Source of the DNA: an uncultured Nitrospiraceae bacterium
GTDB lineage: Bacteria > Nitrospirota > Thermodesulfovibrionia > Thermodesulfovibrionales > SM23-35
Reading direction: 5' to 3'
NCBI GenBank assembly: GCA_963718855.1
Contig: CAVRAA010000006.1
Coordinates: 83,583 to 147,582, forward strand
DNA length: 64,000 bases
The notes under the pieces were generated by a model that saw nothing but the letters and a program-made list of their open reading frames with translations, searched no databases and was not told the origin of the DNA. The translations under genes were made by a program, and so were the position numbers. Below, one piece after another: positions 28,439 to 35,719 of the stretch; the stretch's first letter is position 1; every line of letters starts with the position of its first letter.

Positions 28439-29337
28439 ATAAAGGCGGAGAGATAAGAATGAAGGATATCATAAAGAAGGCCGAGATATTAATTGAGTCA
28501 TTGCCGTATATAGAAAAATTCTACGGCAAGACCTTTGTCATCAAATACGGCGGCGCCGCACAGGTGAAGGATGAACTCAAGGAATCTTTTGCCAAGGATA
28601 TCGTTCTTCTCAATTTCATCGGCATCAAGACGACTATTGTTCACGGCGGCGGCCCCATGATTTCGGCAACAATGGAAAAAATGGGGAAAAAGCCGATGTT
28701 TGTTCAGGGGCAGCGCGTTACCGATCGGGAGACAATGGATATTGTGGAAATGGTACTCGGCGGCCTGGTGAACAAGGAGATCGTTTCCCTGATCAACAAC
28801 CACGGCGGGAAAGCGGTAGGGCTCAGCGGCAAGGACGCGGGGCTTATTAAGGCAAAAAAGAAAGTGATAAAGAAATCATCGGAATCAGGCATCGATGAAA
28901 TTATCGATATCGGTCTCGTCGGTGAGGTCACTCATGTTGATCCGCACATCATAAGCTGCCTTGAAAAGGACGGGTTTATCCCTGTGATATCACCTGTCGG
29001 AGTCGGACCGAAGGGCGAGACTTTGAATATTAATGCGGATTATATCGCAGCAGCGGTTGCCTCGGCCCTTAAAGCTGAAAAGCTTATACTTCTTACCGAT
29101 GTCCCGGGGCTTATGAACAAGAAGGGCAGGATAATCTCTACCGTTACAAAACGACAGACGAAAAAACTCTTTGAAGATGGGACAATTACAGGCGGCATGA
29201 TGCCGAAAGTTCAGGCCTGCCTTAAGGCGATAGAGGGCGGGGTCTCCAAAACGCATATCATCGACGGCAGGATTCCTCACTGCCTGCTTCTCGAACTATT
29301 TACCAGGGAAGGAATTGGCACGGAGATCCGGGCATAA
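28435..29337 (+). CDS. argB: Acetylglutamate kinase
   Basis: FVIKYGGAA, IVHGGGP and NINADYIAAAVA motifs. Confidence 0.9.
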   Translation: MNKGGEIRMKDIIKKAEILIESLPYIEKFYGKTFVIKYGGAAQVKDELKESFAKDIVLLNFIGIKTTIVHGGGPMISATMEKMGKKPMFVQGQRVTDRETMDIVEMVLGGLVNKEIVSLINNHGGKAVGLSGKDAGLIKAKKKVIKKSSESGIDEIIDIGLVGEVTHVDPHIISCLEKDGFIPVISPVGVGPKGETLNINADYIAAAVASALKAEKLILLTDVPGLMNKKGRIISTVTKRQTKKLFEDGTITGGMMPKVQACLKAIEGGVSKTHIIDGRIPHCLLLELFTREGIGTEIRA

Positions 29338-30121
29338 GAGGTTCCTCTTCCTTGTCTCCCTCTGCCTGATTTCCGGCCTTGTACTCTATCTCCTTTTCGT
29401 CCCCGATGTTTCAAAACTGAAAAAGGAAAACCCTGTAAAGACCTCATTCATGAAATATCGGGAAGCGGAATGGCAGCGGGCGGGGAAAAAATACAGGATA
29501 CGGCAGGCCTGGGTTCCGTTGTCCCGCATATCTCCTTATCTCAAAAAGGCTGTCCTTATTGCCGAAGACGACAAATTCTGGAGCCATGAGGGATTCGATT
29601 ATGAAGCGATCCAAAAGGCGATCGAAAAGGATGTCAAGGCAAAAAAATTCAAGCTTGGCGGAAGTACCATAAGCCAGCAGCTTGCGAAAAACCTCTACCT
29701 CTCTCCTTCAAAAAACCCTGTGAGAAAAATACGGGAGGCGGTTATCACGTACCGGATGGAGAAGGCGCTTTCAAAGAAGCGTATTCTCGAACTTTACCTG
29801 AACGTGGCCGAATGGGGGGATAAGGGGATTTTCGGGATTGAGGCCGCGTCGATGCACTATTACGGAAAACACGCCTCAGAACTTGGCCCGGCGGAGGCGG
29901 CGAGGCTTGCGGCAATACTGCCGAATCCGAGAAAATATAACCCCCTCGGCGAAAGCAGGTATGTTCTCCACAGGTCCAACCTCATTTACGCAATTATGGT
30001 CAGAAGGGGGATTGTGGTGCCCGAATACGAGGAGGTCATCGAGGAGGAAAGCGGGGAGGTTCAGGTTGAACCGGGAATAGTGGTCCCCGACAGGGAAGGG
30101 CAGCAACCGCAGAGCCAGTAG
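29315..30121 (+). CDS. mtgA: Monofunctional peptidoglycan glycosyltransferase
   Basis: TTG start, TM anchor, and GT51 motifs EDDKFWSHEGFD, GGSTISQQLAKN and RKIREA. Confidence 0.85.
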   Translation: MARRSGHKRFLFLVSLCLISGLVLYLLFVPDVSKLKKENPVKTSFMKYREAEWQRAGKKYRIRQAWVPLSRISPYLKKAVLIAEDDKFWSHEGFDYEAIQKAIEKDVKAKKFKLGGSTISQQLAKNLYLSPSKNPVRKIREAVITYRMEKALSKKRILELYLNVAEWGDKGIFGIEAASMHYYGKHASELGPAEAARLAAILPNPRKYNPLGESRYVLHRSNLIYAIMVRRGIVVPEYEEVIEEESGEVQVEPGIVVPDREGQQPQSQ

Positions 30122-30167
30122 TACTTGCTGCTATGGGTGAAATAGTAAGGAATCATTATTGAAAAAT

Positions 30168-30338
30168 CTACGCCGCCTTACCCCTCTTTGCCAAAGAGGG
30201 GTTAACACCATTTAATTTCCTGTGAGGGGAATTCCTCCGGAAAAGGGAGGTAAGGAGGGATTTTACAATCAATGTATTGATGCTGAAGTTTGCCGCTGAA
30301 AGCGGACCGAATGAGCGAGAATGCCGCATCTGCTCTTC
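30168..30338. repeat. Composite intergenic repeat region
   Basis: Hairpin cccctctttgccaaagagggg. The segment aaaagggaggtaaggagggatttt is related to gggaaaggggggcaaggggggatttt at 49538-49563. A half copy of the 12649-12763 element lies at 30307-30338. Confidence 0.5.
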
Positions 30339-30345
30339 ACGTTCG

Positions 30346-30717
30346 TCATTGCTCCAGCACGACACAAGCGATGCCGTATTCATCTTCATGGCTCAGGCTC
30401 AAATGGATTTTTATTATCGATCTGTTTTTGAAAAATGCTTCAAGTTTTCCGCTTACCTTAAAAGCTGGTTTTCCCTTACTGCTGTTGGTGATTTCCATTT
30501 CGGTAAAAGACACAGGGACTTCTGATCCGATTGCCTTAATCAGGGCTTCTTTTGCGGCGAAACGGACCGCAAGAGAACCATAGGGGTTTCTTTTTTGATA
30601 GCAATAGGAAATTTCACTGTCCGTAAAGACCCTTCTGAGAAATTTATCCCCCCATTTCTCAGAGATTTCTTTCATGCGGGCTATCCTGACAATATCGATT
30701 CCGGTTCCGTAAATCAT
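30346..30717 (-). CDS. acpS: Holo-[acyl-carrier-protein] synthase
   Basis: MIYGTGIDIVRIARM...FAAKEALIKA. ATG at 30717 was chosen over the longer track ORF. Confidence 0.85.
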   Translation of the reverse strand: MIYGTGIDIVRIARMKEISEKWGDKFLRRVFTDSEISYCYQKRNPYGSLAVRFAAKEALIKAIGSEVPVSFTEMEITNSSKGKPAFKVSGKLEAFFKNRSIIKIHLSLSHEDEYGIACVVLEQ

Positions 30718-30880
30718 GGACGTAAAAGCATTTTTAGACATCAATGATAATCCCTGTCCGGCAGTGAATGCAAGATATTTTGACATTTTTGCTACAGTTT
30801 AGCTACACTATTAAACTAATTTCTTCTTGACAAGTATGTATCTCCTTAATATAATTATAAAAAATTAAGGCAGGGGTGTT

Positions 30881-31166
30881 ATGACAAAAGCTGATTTGGT
30901 AGAAAAGATTTTCGAAAAAATTGGGCTCTCAAAAAAAGAGGCGCAGGAGATCATTGAGATATTGTTTGATACGATGAAACAGACCTTTGTGGAAGGCGAG
31001 TCAGTGAAAATATCAGGCTTCGGTACATTCAACGTACGGCAAAAGATGGCGAGAAGAGGGCGGAATCCCAAAGACAGGAGACGACCTTGAGATTACGCCG
31101 CGAAGGGTCATTACATTCAGGGCGAGCAATCAGTTAAAGTCTGTCATGGAAAAGCAGGATGAATAA
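30881..31166 (+). CDS. ihfA: Integration host factor / HU-family DNA-binding protein with one apparent frameshift
   Basis: MTKADLVEKIFEKIGLSKKEAQEIIEILFDTMKQTF...GFGTFNVRQKMARRGRNPK. Removing the g at ~31073 continues it as [30 protein letters not shown], the expected IHF arm and C-terminus. Confidence 0.8.
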
Positions 31167-31551
31167 GTCCACTGCAGAGATTCTGAGACCGCAGATATTG
31201 TTTCCCGATAAACTGTTCTACAAGATCGGAGAGGTGAGTAAAATCGTCGGAGTGGAGCCGTATGTGCTGCGGTACTGGGAAACAGAATTTACTTTTTTGA
31301 AACCGAGGAAGAACCGTTCCGGACAGAGGGTGTATATTAAGAAAGACGTCGAATTGCTGCTTGAGATCAAGCGGCTTTTATATCAGGAGCGGTATACCAT
31401 AGAAGGCGTCAGGAAGAGGCTTGGATTCGATGTGGTCCAGGTTGAAGCCAAACCTGAGCAGGATGCAACAAAGAAAGAAACACGTCAGCCTGCCGGCACG
31501 GTCGAGCTCGTCAAAAAAAGGCTCAGGGAAATCCTGAGTCAACTCCAGTAA
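31159..31551 (+). CDS. MerR-family transcriptional regulator
   Basis: 130 aa with the HTH segment [25 protein letters not shown]. It overlaps the ihfA end and is followed by tRNA-Pro. Confidence 0.8.
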   Translation: MNKSTAEILRPQILFPDKLFYKIGEVSKIVGVEPYVLRYWETEFTFLKPRKNRSGQRVYIKKDVELLLEIKRLLYQERYTIEGVRKRLGFDVVQVEAKPEQDATKKETRQPAGTVELVKKRLREILSQLQ

Positions 31552-31562
31552 AATAAAAAAAT

Positions 31563-31639
31563 CGGGGCGTAGCGCAGCCTGGTAGCGCACTCGCTTGGGG
31601 TGCGAGTGGTCGACAGTTCAAATCTGTTCGCCCCGACCA
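31563..31639 (+). tRNA. tRNA-Pro (anticodon GGG), CCA encoded
   Basis: Manual fold gives acceptor cggggcg/cgccccg, D arm gcgc-agcctggta-gcgc, anticodon arm ctcgc-ttGGGgt-gcgag, and T arm gacag-ttcaaat-ctgtt, then a-cca. Confidence 0.9.
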
Positions 31640-31650
31640 ATGAAAAACAA

Positions 31651-31685
31651 ATGGGTTACGGGATTTTTTCCCGTAACCCATTTTC
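31651..31685 (+). terminator. Intrinsic terminator after tRNA-Pro
   Basis: atgggttacggg-atttttt-cccgtaacccat (12-bp stem) followed by tttcg. Confidence 0.7.
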
Positions 31686-31692
31686 GTTCAAA

Positions 31693-31760
31693 GCATCCTG
31701 GATCCCCCGGTCAAGTCCGATGCGGATCTCCACGAGGAGTCGCTCCGACCGGAGGATGAC
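31693..31760. repeat. GTCATCC-type palindromic element (degenerate)
   Basis: gcatcctggatcccccggtcaagtccgatgcggatctccacgaggagtcgctccgaccggaggatgac. The termini are mutually complementary. Confidence 0.4.
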
Positions 31761-31790
31761 AAACTCTAAGTGAATAAACAGACTCTAATA

Positions 31791-32789
31791 CTACTTTGCC
31801 TTTCCCCATGTCTTGTCAGGATCATACTTTGTCATCGCTTTTGCGATTTTTGCTGTATTGTTCCCCAGGTCTTTTTGATAGACCACACCATCATGGTTTA
31901 CGATAAAGGTCATCACGCCGGAGTTGCCGTATTTCGAGGGGTAGGCAACAACCGCGAATCCGCCGATCATATTACCCTTAATTACATAGTCGTAGGCGCC
32001 TCCGGGAGCATTTTTCCCCTGCGCCTTAATAATTCTGAAGTAGTAGCCATGGTACGGCACAGGGCCTTTTTTATCCTTTTTGGAATATCCCTCAGCCTTT
32101 GCCTGTACCAGCAGTTGGCCAAGCGGACTCGGTTCCTCACCGTCTTTTGTCGCCCAGTACAGTCCGTTCTTCTTGCCGGGGTCGCTGGCGAATTTCTCGG
32201 CATACTCATGAAGATTGTCTCCGTCGCGGTCCATTATCGCGTATTCCCTTTGCGCATCAACAATAGCGAGGCATGTCTGGATCGTGAGAAGTTCGTTTTC
32301 GCCAATCCTGCGGTTCAAAACCTCTTCTTTTCCTTTCTGCGTATCGAAAACCCATGTTTCCCCTTTTTTGACGATGGGGATAGGGAAGGGCCAGTCGTTC
32401 TTTCCGATTATAAGGATCGTGCTGTTACCCTCACGTACCAGTTTGTTCTGTTCATCGTATTTCGCAAGGAAGTTCTCCCGCCTCTGCTTATCTGCAACCT
32501 TGTCCCCTGAGGAGATCAAATCCTTTGCATCAGCCCCGAAGATTGACGACATTTCATTGTTGTCGTTATTTCGTCCAGCGGTAATAAGTGCTTTCACCGC
32601 TTCTTCCGGGGAAGCGAATGACTTCTGTTTTGCTGCGGCAAACGAAGTGCCGGCAAGGGTCATCATGACTACCATGGTTACAGCAATACTAAAGGCATAC
32701 AACGCCGATATCCGTCTAACCTGTATTCCCGGAAGTCTCATTCCTTCCTCCTTCAACTGTTTCATTATGGTTGCTATCGATATTGACAT
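31791..32789 (-). CDS. DUF2950-family secreted protein
   Basis: Real start MSISIATIMKQ at 32789 with RBS GGAAGGAGA. Conserved stretches include RRIGENELLTIQTCLAIVDAQREYA, GLYWATKDGEEPSPLG, PYHGYYFRIIKAQG and GVMTFIVNHDGVVYQKDLG. The 80-aa R/W-rich N-terminal extension in the track ORF is spurious. Confidence 0.8.
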   Translation of the reverse strand: MSISIATIMKQLKEEGMRLPGIQVRRISALYAFSIAVTMVVMMTLAGTSFAAAKQKSFASPEEAVKALITAGRNNDNNEMSSIFGADAKDLISSGDKVADKQRRENFLAKYDEQNKLVREGNSTILIIGKNDWPFPIPIVKKGETWVFDTQKGKEEVLNRRIGENELLTIQTCLAIVDAQREYAIMDRDGDNLHEYAEKFASDPGKKNGLYWATKDGEEPSPLGQLLVQAKAEGYSKKDKKGPVPYHGYYFRIIKAQGKNAPGGAYDYVIKGNMIGGFAVVAYPSKYGNSGVMTFIVNHDGVVYQKDLGNNTAKIAKAMTKYDPDKTWGKAK

Positions 32790-32791
32790 GG

Positions 32792-34017
32792 TTATCTCCT
32801 TCCGCCGCCACCGCCGCCGCGTCCGCCGCCGCCACCGCCACGGGAACCACCGCCACCGCCACTGGATCCGCCGCCAAACCCTCCGCTGCCACGGGAACCG
32901 CCGCTGAATCCGCCACCGCCTGACATGCTTTGACGGCTGGAACTTCCCCGGCTGCTGAAGTCTCTTGCGCTGCTTCCGCCGCGGTCCATGCCGCTGAATG
33001 CTCCGCCCGCCCCTGTTGAGCGCCTCCACCGCAGAGCGTCTGCGCTTGCCCGACTGATCCCTTCGACAAGTCCTGCCTCCCTGCTCTGCCCGTCCACGGT
33101 ATGCATCTCGCGAGGCAGCTTGTGCTGAAGTCCCCTTGTTGTACTTCTGGGCTGTGGTGTTATCCCTGTAGGCAGCTCCTTTTCTGTTTTCGGATTATGC
33201 TGCCATTGCTGTCTGCCGCCCTGTGACCCCCTTGCTTTTGATACTGGGTAGCCTGGTCTTTGTTGTAATTGTTTTTTGTGAAATTATTGCTATTGTTGAT
33301 ATCAATATCTACGTCACCATGCCCCCAGTTGGCGTTTCCCCAGCAGCATCCCGAGGAACCTACCGCAACTCCTGCCATGAACCCGAATGTGGCTGCTGCC
33401 ATTCCATATCCCGGGGGATAATAGGGATATGGCGGATATGCCGGATATGCCCATGTCCCGTATACAACTGTTGGGCTATAGCTGGGGACATAGATCACCT
33501 GGGGATTTGCGGGCTGTATGATTACTGTCTCCTTTTCGACTATCACGATCTGCTGTTGTGTGGTTTTCAGATTGCCGGACTCTTGCGCTTTTTTACGCAG
33601 GCGCTGGACAGAATCCATGACGTCCTTCTGCTGCGCAAGGAACGCATCTCCCATCTTAGTTGTCCAGTCGAGTTTATCGCTCATCATGGCGAGTACTTCA
33701 GGAAACTGAAGCAGTGATTTTACGGTCGGGTCCCAGTCCTCATTCTTGGCTGCTTCTAAAAGCTTGTCACCCTTGAGGTCCTTGTTCTTTTTTGCGAATC
33801 TGTCTGCCTGAACGATCTCGATGGGATATGTCGTAGCCATGAGTACTTGCACAAGGAGCGAATCGGGGTAGAGCGCTATAGGCGCAAGCATCTGGTCCAG
33901 TTCCTCCTGTTTGAAGACTTTTTTTGTCTCATCCTGTCCTGACGCCCCTGTCGGCACGATTAAAATGAGCGCAAGGACAAGGACCAGTGCACATGAAAAC
34001 ATCTCTTTGGTTTTCAT
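32792..34017 (-). CDS. DUF3300-family secreted protein with a Gly/Arg-rich tail, with at least three apparent frameshifts
   Basis: LDQMLAPIALYPDSLLVQVLMATTYPIEIVQADRF...WDPTVKSLLQFPEVL. The conserved WQHNP, GAAYRDNTTAQKY and GGGGFSGGSRGSGGFGGG...GRGGGGGGRR* segments lie in three different frames between 33070 and 33235. Two shifts coincide with a C5 run (33227-33231) and a T4 run (33180-33183). Confidence 0.75.
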
Positions 34018-34033
34018 ACTCTCTCCTTTCTTA

Positions 34034-34186
34034 GAAGCTATGCTTCGGGGTTTCGATAATTTATGTCGTTCCCGCTTGTCGGGAATCTTTCTGATTCCCC
34101 CTTTCCGCGCTCAGGCGGATTCGCCGAGGCGAAAGAAAAGGGGGGTAGGGTGTTGTTCTTCAGAAAGATTCCGGACAAGCCGGTAC
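34034..34186. repeat. MITE-like palindromic element, GTCATTCCCGCTTGTCGGGAATCTTTCTGA family (copy 1)
   Basis: The leader hairpin is gaagctatgcttc. The left arm gtcgttcccgcttgtcgggaatctttctga faces the right arm tcagaaagattccggacaagccggtac. The inner pair is cccccttt/aaaagggggg. Confidence 0.7.
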
Positions 34187-34280
34187 AGTTGCATTCTATA
34201 ATCCCGATCCCCCGGCGAAGGAGGGTTAGCAAGTGAGCTATCTTTTTCATCCGCCGGGGGAGGGGATATCTTAATGTCGT

Positions 34281-35109
34281 TTACCAGGTATAAGCAACGC
34301 CTATAGCGGATACCCACTGGTTGCTGTCACCACGGTCATCGACAACCGGGCTGTCTGAAGCATCACCTAACAATGGCCGGTATTGTACTCCCGCGGCAAT
34401 ATGCCACTGATAGCTCAGATGCAGGACTGCACCCAAATTGGCTTTTGCCATAAGGAAGCCGTCACCGGGTTCGAACACAGGCAGTACGTTATCGGTACGG
34501 TCAGAATCCTGCCTGGTCTACGCCAAAATAGGTCTTCATAAAATCGTCATCAGCATACATAATGCCGGCGCCAACTACGAGATCAACTGCCTTATGAACC
34601 TGGAAGTAATAGTTGGCTGTGAGTCCGATATTCCACCCGTCATACTCGCCCCCCACGTCTCCAAGAAACTCAATCTGAGACATAAACCGATTCCGGGGAT
34701 TATCCTTGTCAACAAGTTGGAAACCTACAAAGGCGCCTGCCTCGATGGTGCCGTCGATCTCTTTCATCTTTTTTACCACATCATCCTCTACATCATCACT
34801 GCGACCAAACCGATAGTTAATCGCCGGTCCGAACCGAAAGACGGGACTATTAATGATATTCACCTGAAGATCAGTCGCCAGAAGACGTGCATAGTAATCA
34901 GTCTTCGGCACCAGGGTAACTTTGGCGAATGGCGCTCCACCAATCATGTAGTCATCAGACCCCACGTAATCAGGCAGGTAGCCGATGCCTACCCCAACCG
35001 CGTTATCCATGTTTTCAAGGTCGAACGGGAGCATCTGTGCCTGCGCCGTCTGTCCGATGAACAGCGCGCATGCTAAAGCAAAAAATACTGATAATAATTT
35101 TACTCTCAT
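34281..35109 (-). CDS. MipA/OmpV-family outer-membrane protein, with one apparent frameshift
   Basis: Signal peptide MRVKLLSVFFALACALFIGQTAQA. ORFs 34501..35109 and 34281..34478 join as YFGVDQA|DSDRTDNVLPVFEPGDGF if one g is removed near 34508. The protein ends ...AIGVAYTW. Confidence 0.75.
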
Positions 35110-35241
35110 TTTTCTTCTCTCCTTTTTTAATGTTGCAGAAATTTCTTTATGATGCTTATTACATTAAATGCTGCATTTTCTTCTGTTCTTACGCTCTCAC
35201 CTCCTTTTATTCTGAATTATTTTTTAGCCAAGAGTCTCTGC

Positions 35242-35685
35242 TCATTTATTCGTGACCGTACACTGCACATTCAGTTTTGTACACAGGTTTTTAAGAATGC
35301 GCAGCGCCAACTCCTTTTCCTGTTCCTTTTCATACTCCTTTTCCTTGCCTTCAACCTTTGGAACATCTGCCTTGATTATGACTCCTGTGTTCTCCGGGGT
35401 AATCGGCTCGGCCTTAAGAGAAGCTTTCTGAATATCGTCTGTTACTTCGATCACGCGTTTCTCGTCATCTTTTTTCAGGATTTTCACTTCAGGCGCGCGC
35501 TCCTCGGCCAGGGAGATCGCTGCACGATACACTTTCTCTGCAGGCGCCGGGATTTCCGCTTCCGCGACATACCCTTCCTTGCTTTTTGCATAGTGTATTG
35601 CTATCGGAATAGCGGCGATACACGCAAAAAAGGATAGTGCCGTTACCACTGTGATCAAGTATCCAAGAAATTTTGTTTTTCTCAT
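35242..35685 (-). CDS. Small membrane-anchored protein, paralog 1 of 3 (possibly DUF3568-like, unverified)
   Basis: Start MRKTKFLGYL has RBS AAGGAGG. It has one N-terminal TM helix. About 75-80% of positions look identical by eye to the 41480..41944 and 42947..43411 products. All three end (Q/K)CTVTNK. Confidence 0.7.
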   Translation of the reverse strand: MRKTKFLGYLITVVTALSFFACIAAIPIAIHYAKSKEGYVAEAEIPAPAEKVYRAAISLAEERAPEVKILKKDDEKRVIEVTDDIQKASLKAEPITPENTGVIIKADVPKVEGKEKEYEKEQEKELALRILKNLCTKLNVQCTVTNK

Positions 35686-35719
35686 CTTATCCTCCTTACT
35701 TCCATTCCACAGTTTCTGA

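Noticed and set aside
32790-33029. 80-aa Arg/Trp-rich N-terminal extension of the DUF2950 ORF (and ORF 32716..33069)
   Set aside because: These are alternative frames of the Gly-rich tail of the upstream DUF3300 gene. A strong RBS and signal-peptide start lie at 32789.
31640-34020. Integrase, prophage or att repeat next to tRNA-Pro
   Set aside because: No integrase- or recombinase-like ORF is present. I saw no repeat of the tRNA 3-prime end by eye, so the island idea is kept only as a low-confidence hypothesis.
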